The notes under the pieces: generated by a model
What the model saw: only the letters and a program-made list of their open reading frames with translations
Told to the model about the DNA's origin: nothing
Database searches by the model: none
Made by a program: the position numbers and the translations under genes
Part shown: one piece after another, positions 10,237-21,710 of the stretch
Numbering within the stretch: the first letter of the stretch is position 1
How the letters are laid out: each line of letters begins with the position of its first letter
Assembly (NCBI GenBank): GCA_963789265.1
Contig: CAWBKB010000001.1
Location: 1,792,001 to 1,856,000, forward strand
Length of the DNA stretch: 64,000 nt
Direction of reading: 5' to 3'
Source: an uncultured delta proteobacterium
GTDB taxonomy: Bacteria > Desulfobacterota > Desulfomonilia > Desulfomonilales > Desulfomonilaceae

Positions 10237-11636
10237 CTGTTGGCTCGCGTGTCTGGCCCCACTGGCCGGGCCAGCAACGTGTCAAAGGCTATTTCACTCT
10301 CCCACAACGACTGGATCGCATCGATGGCCTTCAGCCTCTTGTTAGCCAAGGTGTTCTCCATGTTCAGATAGACCACCGGGTCCATGTCATGGTCTGAGTA
10401 TGCCCGTCGCGCTTTCCTGACCATAGTTGCGAGAGTAGGAATGTATGCTTGTAATTGACGAAGCTGGACAATCAACAGCCTTTGCTTGGCCCAAAGCAAC
10501 CCCACGTCCTGATATGCCTTGTCGACGCGGGCCTGGTATTCCTGACGCAGTTGTTCCCGGGTGGCCTCCTGCACGGCTATTTTGCCTCGGTTGCGGTTGA
10601 AAAAGGGCAGAGTAAGTGTCGTTTGATGGCCTATCATGTGAACGTCAGTGTTATCCGAGGAAGGTATTACGCCAACGGTGAGAGCAGGAAATTGTCCGAG
10701 TACGGCCTTATGAACCTTCGCTTCTTGGCTTTCGTAGCCGGCTTTCAAAGCCATCAAGTCGGGGCGGCGCTGCGGCATTCCAATTAACGACTTATTCATG
10801 TCTTGTTCTTCAAGAACCTGTGGAGGCCCCGGGGGCAGTAGTCGCAGCATCGCGTCCGGCCATACGCCTAGTATCGCATTCAGTTCGTGCTGTGTTTGAT
10901 TGAGTTGCTGTTCCATGTCATTGACCAGAGTAGCCGAGTCAATCTTTGCTGTCAGGTCGGTGCCCGTCACGTCCAAAGTCAAATTACCTTTTCGTAGCGC
11001 GGCCGATGAATCGGCATACCGCCTTGCATATAAGCGCCGAATTCGTTTCAGCAACGCCAGCTTACGCTCCAAATAAATGCTTCTGATAAAAAGTATGCGA
11101 GCTTGCTGGGCCACCTGCCATTCTTGCCACAGAATATCGAGATCGACGTTGCGCACTGTTGCTGCGGCTTCGTCAATGGCTGCTCTACGGGTGACAAAGA
11201 AACCCAGATCGTAGTTGATGCCGTACTCATAAGCAGTGAATACATCGGGACGATCTACTGTAGGATAGTCTACCCTCACGGAAATTTCGGGGTTTGGTAA
11301 CAGCCGTGCATCAAACAGTTGGGCTCTCGCCACCCCGGCCTTTTGACGTGTTGCCCTCAGGTCAGGGTTGTTAACCACGGCGAATCCGGCGATTCCCGCC
11401 ATATCCAAGGGGTTTTCAGCGTTGAAAGGGTGTGCCTTGAGGGGGGGGCATGCGAACCGATCGGGACCTACGGACAATCGGAATGGGGGAGTCAAATTCG
11501 GTGTGGCGGACAGAGGCCGCGGTGTGTACCTGGCGCATCCGGTCAAAAGGATGCCGACACCCAACGAGATAAGGGCAAAGCGGATCCAGATTTTCCGCAA
11601 GCATCCACCCTCCATGACAACCAACCCAATTCTCAT
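10233..11636 (-). CDS. TolC family outer membrane efflux lipoprotein
   Basis: Lipobox LLTGC, NNPDL, RRPDL, LPFFNRNRG; paralog of 19855-21264; start uncertain. Confidence 0.9.
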   Translation of the reverse strand: MRIGLVVMEGGCLRKIWIRFALISLGVGILLTGCARYTPRPLSATPNLTPPFRLSVGPDRFACPPLKAHPFNAENPLDMAGIAGFAVVNNPDLRATRQKAGVARAQLFDARLLPNPEISVRVDYPTVDRPDVFTAYEYGINYDLGFFVTRRAAIDEAAATVRNVDLDILWQEWQVAQQARILFIRSIYLERKLALLKRIRRLYARRYADSSAALRKGNLTLDVTGTDLTAKIDSATLVNDMEQQLNQTQHELNAILGVWPDAMLRLLPPGPPQVLEEQDMNKSLIGMPQRRPDLMALKAGYESQEAKVHKAVLGQFPALTVGVIPSSDNTDVHMIGHQTTLTLPFFNRNRGKIAVQEATREQLRQEYQARVDKAYQDVGLLWAKQRLLIVQLRQLQAYIPTLATMVRKARRAYSDHDMDPVVYLNMENTLANKRLKAIDAIQSLWESEIAFDTLLARPVGPDTRANR

Positions 11637-11820
11637 CGAAGCCCCTCCGAAAAGTTCCTCTCTCGTGGGGCGGAACAAGAATCGGGGTCCCGCAGATTAC
11701 CGATTTCGAGTTCCAGGCGGCTAACCGGCAATTGTTACGAATGACCCAGTCCGACCGAAAAAATGATGAAGACTCTAGAATACCAAGGAGGCTTTTGACA
11801 ACCCGAAAATTCCAAGCCGG

Positions 11821-12019
11821 GTAATCATTCACTTACGAGGGGGAATTGTCGAACCCCTGTCATTGCGAGGAGTGCATGGTGGGACAGGCTTCCAGCCTGT
11901 CTATTGGGATGACGGGCAAGATGCCCATCCCACCGGCAATCTAAGCGCCGTTTGAAGGAAGAGATTGCTTCGCTTCGCTCGCAATGACAATCTTTCGCCG
12001 CGCGTAAATGAATGGATAC
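11821..12019. mobile_element. MITE family B with inserted REP doublet
   Basis: TIRs GTAATCATTCACTTACG / CGTAAATGAATGGATAC; inverted copy at 34625-34769 lacks the GGTGGGACAGGC...CCCACC insert. Confidence 0.8.
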
Positions 12020-12228
12020 CAAGCCGGCAGAGGCAGATCGAGAGAAGAGGACTCCGGCCCTTGACGATCCTGGTCCAATGCCCTAGGTTGAAATATAGGA
12101 GATGAAATGGGGGGCGGTCCAGGCTACTCAGTGGCTTGAACCGAATAGCGAGTTCAAAATTGTTCGTAATCATGTTGCTAAACTTGCGGCATCGGAATTG
12201 ATCGTAAGGACCGAAAAGGGGGATCATC

Positions 12229-12702
12229 ATGAATTGTATTGTTGACGAATCTGCCAAACCTAGAGAATTCTTCTGCAAGACGGATATTCTCCTCCCCGGT
12301 AATCTTGTTCGCAAGTGCTTGATTGCAATTGCTTTAAGCTGTCTCGCAGTCGCCGTAGTTTGCGCTACTGCTCATGCCCAGGCCCCGAACCCCTTCAATA
12401 CCGCCGCGGAACATGCCCAAAAGGCCGTCGATGCAAAGGATCTGGCCCAAATTCATCTTCACCTGCATCACGTGCTGAATTGTCTGGAAGGCTCCAGAGG
12501 GCGTGACTACAAGAATGTCGCGGACAATCCGTGTAGCGGCAAAGGTGCGTTACAGACTCTACCCAAGCATTCGGCGGACCTTGTCAGGGCAGAGAAAGCC
12601 ATTGCCATCGCCCGTGTGGCAGTGACGTTGCACGATACGGCACCGGCCCATTACGCAGCGAAGGCGGTTCATGCCATTCTCACCGAAGGCAAGCAAAAGT
12701 AG
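12229..12702 (+). CDS. Secreted His/Cys-containing hypothetical protein
   Basis: Signal peptide ending AHA-Q; HLHLHHVLNC...NPC; true start probably downstream of 12229. Confidence 0.7.
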   Translation: MNCIVDESAKPREFFCKTDILLPGNLVRKCLIAIALSCLAVAVVCATAHAQAPNPFNTAAEHAQKAVDAKDLAQIHLHLHHVLNCLEGSRGRDYKNVADNPCSGKGALQTLPKHSADLVRAEKAIAIARVAVTLHDTAPAHYAAKAVHAILTEGKQK

Positions 12703-12871
12703 AGGAGAATTGATCGCTGGCAAGCGTACCACGTCACCACGCCATGTGCTTTGCCGGCGCAGATCTGACTTCCATGCTGGACCATGCCCCACACGGCGAA
12801 GATCTGCTGGAGCGATTTCCGGTGGAAGGAACCCTGGCGACAGATTGCCATTGTAGTGAGGATGTCTTGCT

Positions 12872-13411
12872 ATGAAAAGTTCATCTCATTCGAGAAATCA
12901 GCATGAGAGCCGAACACGCTGGGTGGCGCTTCTTTTCAGCGTGTTCGTTTTCTCAATGGCAGTGGTTTCATGCCTTATTCTTTTGGTCACGCACAGTGCG
13001 CGGTCCCAGACCCAAGTACCAACTACGATGAGTGCCCCGCCTCGCGTGGATCACATACTTTTGACCGTGTCGGACATGAGGGCATCTGTAGCCTTTTATC
13101 GCGATATGATTGGATTGCGGGCCAAATCTCTGGGCTCAAGTTTCACCATTCTCGAAGCGGAAAACCTCGGTATTTACCTGATAAATTCTCACAGGCCCTG
13201 GGAGCCGAAACCAGGCAAAGGGGAACATCTCGGGTTAGGAATTTACCCCCATTTCGAAGTTGCCAACGTAAAGGCTCTTGTGGACCGGCTGAAGAAGGCT
13301 GGTTACAAGATCGTGCAAGAAGCGGAAGTACATGATTGGGGCACTGAAGCGTTTGTCGCGGATCCGGACGGGTACACGTGGGCGCTATTCAGTTGGCGAA
13401 AAAAGCAATAA
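12872..13411 (+). CDS. VOC/glyoxalase family protein with N-terminal signal or TM segment
   Basis: VDHILLTVSDMRASVAFYRD...DWGTEAFVADPDG. Confidence 0.88.
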   Translation: MKSSSHSRNQHESRTRWVALLFSVFVFSMAVVSCLILLVTHSARSQTQVPTTMSAPPRVDHILLTVSDMRASVAFYRDMIGLRAKSLGSSFTILEAENLGIYLINSHRPWEPKPGKGEHLGLGIYPHFEVANVKALVDRLKKAGYKIVQEAEVHDWGTEAFVADPDGYTWALFSWRKKQ

Positions 13412-13470
13412 TCGCAGCACTTTCAAACGAGTCAGACCCCACCCGTCCGGCGGGCAATCGAAACTCTCTC

Positions 13471-13670
13471 AAACCAGTGCGCCATCAAACAAGTGACAAT
13501 CCCCGCGAGGACAAGGTGGGGCATCCCGCGCGGAACGCGGGACCGCCCAGGGCGAATGCCATTCGCCCCTACAGATGCCAGCGTACGCGGGCATGACGAC
13601 ATGTAGGGGCGGGTTTGAAACCCGCCCCTGCCAGAAACACAGTTTCACTTGTTTGAAAATGAATCGTTTT
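13471..13670. mobile_element. MITE/REP mosaic (family A)
   Basis: Shares both ends with 2920-3323; internal GGGCGAATGCCATTCGCCC and GGGGCGGGTTTGAAACCCGCCCC palindromes. Confidence 0.75.
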
Positions 13671-13725
13671 TGGTTCTCGCAAGCCTTATGTCATACGAAA
13701 TCCGGGCCGCCATCTTCGATGGATA

Positions 13726-15444
13726 CTAGAAAGTGAAATTCATGGTGAACTGGCCCCCGAAGATCGGGTCTATGGTTTTGGCGGGACGCGTACCCCAATT
13801 GTTCCCGGCACTTGGAACGTTCCATTCAGGAACCGACCGATCAATGCAAGCATAACTAAACCACCTGCCCGGCTGCCAATAGGCCGCGAGGAAACCGACG
13901 GTAAATCCATCCAAGATCTGCCAATCTACGCCCGTGGTGACTTCCCACCCCAGGGACCGGTCCGGAATATTCGGGGCACCGGCTGCGCCATTGAGGGCAA
14001 ACTGGATATTTCCGTCATTTCCGATCCGGTTCGTAAACTGGGGTGGCATATTGATGTCATTGGGGCTTATGCAGGCCCAGCCATATCCGTTAGAGGTTCT
14101 CTCCGCCCAAAAAAACGTTCCGTACCAATTCAAGTTGGCGGCGACTGCGTAGTCGAGACGGCTCGCAAGCACCCAAGCATCTCGCAAATATCCGTCTAGA
14201 GAGAGGTTGTAGGCATTGAAGCCTGCACCATAATTGTATGTGAAAAGAAAGGTGTACGGCCGAAACACATCATAGTTGCCGAGAAAGGTGTCGAAAGTGG
14301 GGTGCCACACGAATGCGGCAGATTGCCGCCCTATTAACTGACTATTTCTCCTGTCCGGCCCGGGCGACCACGCCGAAAGCACTGTGAGCCGACCGGGGCC
14401 TGCCATAACACCCGTTTCGGCCATATAGCGCCACTGTTCGGTATCTCTTTGGGTGGGCAGCGGAGCGGTTGGCACGCCTACGCCGAGTAGCGCGGGGCCG
14501 GTCAACCGATCGCTCCAATAGAGCCACGCGGCTTCGCCATTGAAGAAGAATCTACCGTTGTTGTATTTCGTGAAAGTCGTCCCGTGAAAATAAAAAGAAT
14601 CCTGTGCCAACACCGGAACCGATGGGGGGATCGGCAAACCGGTCGGGTTGACCAACCGCCCTTCGGGACCTATGCGATACGCTCCGTATGCTGCCAAAGT
14701 CCCAACCTGAATGGGTCCGTTATTATAGACCACGAACGTTTCCACATCCCTCATGATCACGCCGCTCTTGTCCGCGGAGTCGTAATACGCCTTTACCACG
14801 AGGTCGTAGGGATCGACCGTGATTGTCTGCCCTGCCGTGGCGGCCCGATGGGGATAGAAAGCGATCCCGAGGTCGAAAGGTCCGAAAGGAGCGTTCAATA
14901 TAAGTGACTCGGTGGAGAGACCGTCAGACCCGTCGTACTGCAAGCCTGTGCCGAATTTCCAGGCTCTCTTCCCAATACCAATGGTTCCCCAGGGCAATGT
15001 TACAGTGGCCCAGAACAAGGTCCACTGGGCTTCACTCATAGCGTTGTCGGCGCCGGGGGCGTTTTCAGTAAAGTAAAGGCTGGCCACAGGGACGTTCCAA
15101 AAGCCCAGACGAAGCCTTCCTTGGAGTCTTACCGCAGGGTTAATCTTTATGACGGGTTCCATGGTGACGTAGAAATATGAAGCATTCGCGTCGTGGCCGG
15201 TGACAGTATTCTGCGCAACCACTGGACCGCTCCACCAGTAGTTGAGGTTCGCCGTCGACGTGTTCAAGCCGTTATCGACATTGTAAGGACCGAAAAAACC
15301 TTGATTTCCCGTTTGGTTGGCAAACTGGAATGTCCAGTACATTCCACCGGTCATCCCAATTTCCCAGGCGAAAGCCGGGGCTGCAAGCAGAGGGATGACA
15401 AGGAGACATACCCATATCACGGACAACTTCCCGATTTTGCTCAT
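13726..15444 (-). CDS. Predicted outer membrane beta-barrel (porin-like) protein
   Basis: Signal peptide AFA-W, aromatic/Gly-rich alternating strands, C-terminal ...MNFTF. Confidence 0.7.
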   Translation of the reverse strand: MSKIGKLSVIWVCLLVIPLLAAPAFAWEIGMTGGMYWTFQFANQTGNQGFFGPYNVDNGLNTSTANLNYWWSGPVVAQNTVTGHDANASYFYVTMEPVIKINPAVRLQGRLRLGFWNVPVASLYFTENAPGADNAMSEAQWTLFWATVTLPWGTIGIGKRAWKFGTGLQYDGSDGLSTESLILNAPFGPFDLGIAFYPHRAATAGQTITVDPYDLVVKAYYDSADKSGVIMRDVETFVVYNNGPIQVGTLAAYGAYRIGPEGRLVNPTGLPIPPSVPVLAQDSFYFHGTTFTKYNNGRFFFNGEAAWLYWSDRLTGPALLGVGVPTAPLPTQRDTEQWRYMAETGVMAGPGRLTVLSAWSPGPDRRNSQLIGRQSAAFVWHPTFDTFLGNYDVFRPYTFLFTYNYGAGFNAYNLSLDGYLRDAWVLASRLDYAVAANLNWYGTFFWAERTSNGYGWACISPNDINMPPQFTNRIGNDGNIQFALNGAAGAPNIPDRSLGWEVTTGVDWQILDGFTVGFLAAYWQPGRWFSYACIDRSVPEWNVPSAGNNWGTRPAKTIDPIFGGQFTMNFTF

Positions 15445-15720
15445 GTTGCCCCCTGCCCCTCGACTGCTTTCCGAACAATGGAAAATATTTGAGCTTCAAC
15501 CATGCCTTATGCGGCAATCTTTGGTCAAGACTAAATGATGCTTCCAGTGCTTTGCTAATATTGTTCTAACAGTAAATGCGGCCGTTGAGCCGGACAAAAC
15601 GGCGAATCCCCGCCAGTGCTCAAGCGATGAAGAATTGCTAGAATAAATGTGTGCAGATTCTAGTACCAACGGGTAGGAGTCAATTTCCGCTTAGTATCTT
15701 TTTTACATTGAAGCAATGCG

Positions 15721-18700
15721 CTATAGCGGTTCTTCGTCCTGCCTTCCGAAACTGGTCCCGGCTCGATCCAAAATCCGGCGGAAGAATACAGGCATGACAA
15801 TCAGAACCAACGGCATCTGTATTACCAAGCCGGAAATAATTGCAATGGCAAGAGGTTGCTGCATTGCAGCACCTTGACCTAATCCCAGAGCCAAAGGAAG
15901 AAGAGCCATGATTGCTGCGAGGGTTGTCATGGCAATAGGTCGCATGCGATTTAGGCCGGCTTCCACCAGAGCCTGGTCTGGAGCTACTCCGGTCATTCGT
16001 AAATCCTGGTACTCCGAAAAGTAGAAAATAGCCACCTCGGTTACAATGCCTACCACCATGGTCATGCCCATCATGGATGTGATGTTGAGTTCCGTACCGG
16101 TGACCCAGAGCCCTAATAATACTGCCGAAATAGCCAACAGCGGCATTCCCAGAATCGCCACTGCTACACGAAACCGTTCGTAAAGAAAAAGCAACAACAA
16201 AAAGACCAAAGCCACCGCTCCGGCGAACACTGCAATCAAACCTCTGAAGGCGATCCTCTGCTGCCTGTACAGCCCTCCAAGCTCGTAGTACATGCCGGGA
16301 GGAACCAGAACCCGCTTTAGACAGTATTCGCTGCACATCCCTCACGGTAGACCCCATGTCTCGCCCACTGATGCGAGCGGTTACCGCAATCATTCGTTTG
16401 AGGTTGTCTCGAGTGATCTCCGGCTGCCCGGTCACCATTCGCACTTTGGCGACACGCTTGAGCGGGAACCAATGACCGTGAGGTGATTGAAACCACAGTT
16501 CGGGAATATTGTCTGTCGTGGCTCTAACGTCTTTCGGTATCCACACGCGGATACCGATGAATTTCTCACCCTGCTGTACCTGAGTTGCCACATCTCCGGT
16601 GAAGTAAGAGCGGAGCTGTCTTGTAATTGCTTCAGGATCGATGCCTTCCAGCGCAGCCCGATCACGGTCTATCTGAATCTCTAGCGCATCCCCCGCCAGT
16701 TTGATGCCGTTCTTTATTTCCACAACTCCCGGAACATTGGCGATTGCCTGCGCAATTTTAGGAGCGGTATTCATAAGCATTTTCGGGTCGTCTCCGTAGA
16801 GTTTGATCTCAATGGGCTGGGGTACGGCGGTGAGATCGCCGATCAAGTCTTCCATGAGTTGTGCCATTTCGATCTTCAGTCCTGGAACCCGCTGCTCGAT
16901 TTGTCGTCGCACGGCGTCCATAATTTCGTACACGGTACGTCGAGGCGGAGGTTTGAGTCGCACAAATAAGTCACCCTGATTCGCTTCGGTCAATCCTCCG
17001 CCAAGTTGTGTCCCGGTTCGACGAGAGTATGACGCCACCTCGGGGTTTGCACTCAGGATAGCCTCTATCTGGCGACACAGTCGATCCGTTTCCTTTAGAG
17101 ACGTACCGGGAACTGCCAGGTAGTCAATTACAAAACTTCCCTCATCCATAGCAGGCATAAAGCCGGATCCCACCTCGTGATATCCGAGGTAACCGCCTGC
17201 AATCAGAGGAATTAGACCGATCACCAGGAGCCACGGACGGCGCAAAACCACTGCGAGTACAGCCCGGTAACCCCTTTGAAAAAGGCGGGTCAGCGGTCCT
17301 ACGTCCTCTATTTCTGTGTCTTTTTGGCTAATTATGTGGGCGGCCAGAATCGGAATGCCGAACCAAGCCACAAAAAATGAGATGACCAGAGCACACCCCA
17401 TTGTCAACGACAGCGGCTTGAAGAATGCTCCCGTTACACCCCCCAGGAAGGCCAGCGGCAAGAAAATGACGACCGTTGAAGAAGATGAGCCTACCAGGGG
17501 AAAAGTGAACTCGCGTGCCGCCTGTCTAACCACCCCCGGGTGGCCCGAATCCCCGCCCCTTAGGCACCGGACAATATGCTCGATCATGACGATGGCATCG
17601 TCCAAAATCAGTCCTACCGCCGCTGCCATGCCACCCAAGGTCATAATATTGAAGCTCATGTCCAGCATGTAGAGCAACAAAATGGTAATCGCCAGGACTG
17701 TAGGAACCGTCACCATTGCCAGCAAGGTTACCTTCAAGTTGCGAAGAATCATTAGAATGATGAGAGCGGCTAGAGCTACGCCGATTAAAATCGTGTCCCG
17801 CACGCTTGCCGCGGACTCCGTGATAAGCAGGCTCTGGTCGTACCAGTTGCTAATCTTAACGCCTGCCGGGATTTTATGCTGAAACGCGGCCAGCTTTGAT
17901 TTTACGTCGCGCATGATCTGAACCGTATTGCCTGTCGGCTGCTGGTACACCTGCAGTAACACTGCATCACGCCCATTGGCGGTCACTCTTTGCCATTGGG
18001 GAACGGTAGCTAGTTTGACGGTAGCGACATCCTCCAATTGCACCAAACCGTTAGCGCCACTTCTCAAGATTGTCCGCCGAACTTGTTCCAAGTTCCTGAG
18101 ACGAGCATCGGACAGAATTAGAAATAACTTGTAATGATCTTCCAGACGTCCGACTGCTTGCAGAAACGTTGGTTGCGGACAAAGCCTGCACTACATCCTG
18201 AACCTTAAGCCCATAAGCTTTCAATCGCGGTAAATCTACCGTTACTCGATATTCGGCCAGTTGCCCGCCCAACACGCTGACTCGAGCCACACCATTTATC
18301 GCTGACAACAGAGGGAGTAATTGATATTGAGCAAAGTCATGCAGTTGGACCAGAGTATGGTTGGTGGAGATAAGGCTGTAAGCACCCACAGGAAAACTGT
18401 GGGGTCCATCCGTTTTGCTAGAAATGTGGTCCCTGGGGGCAGCTTAGGCAAAACCCGGTTAATGGCTGATTCAACCTGGAGAAGAGCAACTGGCATGTCT
18501 AATCCCCAGGTAAAATTGAGGGAAAGCTCCGCGCTGCCTCGGCTGGTAGTGGAACGTATGCTTCGCAAGCCAATGACCGATCGAACAGCCTGCTCCACGG
18601 GCATGGTCACGGATATAACCATTTGGTCGGCGGGACGGTCTCCGGAATCGATGGTGACAACGATGCGGGGGAAATTGACGTGCGGAAACAACGATACCGG

Positions 18701-18796
18701 CAGCAGCAAGGCGGTCGCAGCCCCACTTGCTGAAAGAACCAGCAGCAAGAATACGATCGAGCGGCGGTGTGCGGAAGCCCAATTTACGAAGCTCAT
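15721..18796 (-). CDS. RND efflux permease (three single-base frameshifts near 18390, 18165, 16310)
   Basis: Four overlapping ORFs assemble to a full AcrB/CusA-type permease (GGMAAAVGLILDDAIV, RMRPIAMTT). Confidence 0.88.
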
Positions 18797-19842
18797 GGGG
18801 TCTCCCTTCGCACCGCCATACCATCACTTAATTCGTAGTTTCCCAGCACCACCACTTGGTCCCCCGCTTTAAGGGGACCGCTTATAGCAATCATCCCTGC
18901 TTCTTGCCGGCCTGTCTTCACCGGCACCTTATGGGCTCGGTTCCCGCTGACGATAAAAACCCAGGAACCATGCCCGTCCCTCATCACAGCGCTTCTGGGA
19001 ACCCCGAGGGACTCAATTCGGGAGAGCGTGATGACCCCTTTCATCGTTAAACCCAACGGGAATTCGGCATTTGCAGGCAATTTCACCCGGACCAACACGT
19101 CAATCAACCGGGTGGCAGGATTAATCATTGCGTGAACCTCACTCACCTGACTGTTGAGAGTGGTTCCGGGCTGAAAAACAGGGCTGATCGAAACAGGCAT
19201 TCCCGGCCGTACGTTAACGGCATCCTCAGGTTCCACTCCCAGCGGGACTATCAAGGAATCCCGGCGAGCCAGCAATACGACGTTGGAACCCGCCTGGATC
19301 AGGTCGCCCTGACTTACGCTTATCTTCGTAACGACTCCGGCGAAAGGTGCATTTACCGTCTCGCTTGCTTGTCCGGTTCCAAGTTTCTGTTGCTCTCGAA
19401 CCTGGGCATCTGCATCTGCAAGATTTTTGCGTGCGATTGCTACCTGGTCCTTGGTGGTCAACTGGTTTCGGAAAAGATCCTCTTCGCGGCGCAGATTGCT
19501 ACGCGCGTAATCCAATGCGGCTTGCGTCTGCTGAAATTGCACGCTGGCGGTCGGCGAAGTATAAAACTCCAGCAGTGGCGCACCACTCTCAATAAGCTGA
19601 CCGGATCTTACCCAAACTTTGGCGATGATCCCGGAGCGAGGCAAGTTGATGCTTGTCACGGAAACAGGATCGGGCCGGGTGCTGCCGTAGGCAGTCAGCG
19701 TCTTGGTGAATGTCCTCGACTGAATTGGGGACGTCTCCACCTGTACACTTGGTTCAGCTCCCACCGACGGAATGGTGAATGAAAAGAGAATAGTCGCTAT
19801 GCTCAAGGACCGGCCGATGTACCTGAAGACCGCCATCGGCAA
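18793..19842 (-). CDS. RND membrane fusion protein
   Basis: APFAGVV lipoyl-like motif, VPRSAV, GDQVVVLGNYELSDG. Confidence 0.92.
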   Translation of the reverse strand: MPMAVFRYIGRSLSIATILFSFTIPSVGAEPSVQVETSPIQSRTFTKTLTAYGSTRPDPVSVTSINLPRSGIIAKVWVRSGQLIESGAPLLEFYTSPTASVQFQQTQAALDYARSNLRREEDLFRNQLTTKDQVAIARKNLADADAQVREQQKLGTGQASETVNAPFAGVVTKISVSQGDLIQAGSNVVLLARRDSLIVPLGVEPEDAVNVRPGMPVSISPVFQPGTTLNSQVSEVHAMINPATRLIDVLVRVKLPANAEFPLGLTMKGVITLSRIESLGVPRSAVMRDGHGSWVFIVSGNRAHKVPVKTGRQEAGMIAISGPLKAGDQVVVLGNYELSDGMAVRRETP

Positions 19843-19854
19843 ACCTCCTGTTCC

Positions 19855-21264
19855 TTACTGTGTGTCAGTTGTCACCTGGCGAGACAGCAGTGTATCAAGT
19901 GCAATCGCCGTGTCCCGCAAGCCTTGAATCAGATCGAGGAACTTCAGCCTTTTGTTGGCCAAAGTGTTTTCCATGTTCAGATAGGTCAGTGGATTCATAT
20001 TTTGATTTGCGTACGCCACCCGCGCCTTCTGAACCATCTTTGCCAGAGTGGGGAGGTACATCTGTAATGTATGGATCTCCTTCATCAAGATGCGCTGCTT
20101 AGTCCAGATCAAATCGGCTTGTCCGCATGCCTGATCGATTCGAGCCTGATATTCTTCACGCAGTTGTTGTCGGGATGCCTTCGCCACGGCTATCTTTCCC
20201 CGGTTACGGTTGAAAAAAGGGAGGGAAAGCGTGGTTTGGTGGCCTATCGCATGGACGTCGGTGTTATCTGAGGAAAGTACTACGCCTACGTTGAGGGCAG
20301 GGAATTGCCCTAGAACGGCCTCATGAACCTTTGCTTCCTGGCTTTCGTAGCCTGCCCTCAATGCGAGCAAGTCGGGGCGACGATCTGCCATTCCTGCGAT
20401 CGCTAGCTTGAGGTCTCGTTCGTCAAGGATGTTTGGCAGAGCGGTAGGCGGGATGAGTTTCACTGTAGCCTCCGGCAATATTCCCAGCAGAGCATTGAGT
20501 TCGTGTCGGGTCTTATTGAGGAGTTGTTCCATATCATTAACCCGGGTATCCGAATCGATCTTTGCGGTCAGATCCGTTCCGGTGACTTCCAGAGTCAGGT
20601 TTCCTTCCCGTAGGGCTTTGGATGACCGAGCATAACGGCTCGAATACAACATTTGAATTTGCCTCAGTATCGCGAGCTTATCTGCTTCATAAATGCACTG
20701 GACAAAAAGGGAGCGAGCTTTCTGAATCACCTGCCATTCTTGCCACAAGATGTCCAGGTCCACTTTGTGGACTGCCGCGTCGGCTGCCTTGATACCCGCT
20801 TTCCGAGTGACTAAGGAATTGAGATCGTAGCTGACACCGGCCTCGTACGCAGTGAATAGATCCGGGCGGTCTACCGTGGGATAGTCCACTCTTAGGGAGA
20901 CCTGGGGGTCTGGTAGTAGTCGTGCAGCAAACAGTTGGGCTCTGGCTACTCCCGCCTTCCGACGCAGTGCATTGAGGTCAGGATTATTAAGCACAGCCAA
21001 TATCGCTACGTCAGTCATGTCCAAGCCGTTCTCGGCGTTAAAGGCGTACGGCGTGAGAGGAGGACAGGAGAAGCGGCTGGGATTCACGGTTAATCGGGAT
21101 GGGATGGTCAAATTCGGCGTAACGGGCAAAGGGTGGGGCCTGTATGTAGCGCATCCGGCAAGAAAAGCGCAAATGCCTAGCAAGAGAATGCTCGATGCGA
21201 TCCAGAGCCTCCGGAGCACCGGAGTCTCAATAAGGACGGACCGGTATTGCTTGAAATAACCCAT
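19855..21264 (-). CDS. TolC family outer membrane efflux lipoprotein
   Basis: Lipobox FLAGC, NNPDL, RRPDL, LPFFNRNRG. Confidence 0.92.
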   Translation of the reverse strand: MGYFKQYRSVLIETPVLRRLWIASSILLLGICAFLAGCATYRPHPLPVTPNLTIPSRLTVNPSRFSCPPLTPYAFNAENGLDMTDVAILAVLNNPDLNALRRKAGVARAQLFAARLLPDPQVSLRVDYPTVDRPDLFTAYEAGVSYDLNSLVTRKAGIKAADAAVHKVDLDILWQEWQVIQKARSLFVQCIYEADKLAILRQIQMLYSSRYARSSKALREGNLTLEVTGTDLTAKIDSDTRVNDMEQLLNKTRHELNALLGILPEATVKLIPPTALPNILDERDLKLAIAGMADRRPDLLALRAGYESQEAKVHEAVLGQFPALNVGVVLSSDNTDVHAIGHQTTLSLPFFNRNRGKIAVAKASRQQLREEYQARIDQACGQADLIWTKQRILMKEIHTLQMYLPTLAKMVQKARVAYANQNMNPLTYLNMENTLANKRLKFLDLIQGLRDTAIALDTLLSRQVTTDTQ

Positions 21265-21710
21265 ATTCTCAAAGGGGAAGGCAGGAGAGTGAATTTTTGA
21301 ATTAAATTTGTTGCACTAGACGGAAGACATGATGATCGGTGTGGGACAATCCACCCTCCTACATACAAAACATGCCGAGAAAACGAATTTCAGCCGCCGC
21401 GTGGGTCAAAAAAAGGGGCCTTCGTATATCTATCTCAAACCCCAGTGCCCAGGCCGAGCAGCAACTATACGAATAAAAGCGTCCAACAGAATAAGGAAGC
21501 AATATACTATAACGGGAGGTTCTTTGACAATGAACATACACGCGCCGGAATGACGCTCAGTCCGCCGCTTTGTCCGTCTTATCTCGACGGACATCTGCGG
21601 CAAGAGCCCATCAGATCTGTCTCTTCCGACTGGGATCTCTCGTTTCGGGCTCGGTCCGTGCTCGCACTCTATTTAGTAATAGACTCGGGAAGTGGGGGCA
21701 TGACTACGAT

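Noticed and set aside
15721..18796. Programmed ribosomal frameshifting in the RND gene
   Set aside because: No canonical slippery heptamers; same indel pattern occurs in unrelated genes
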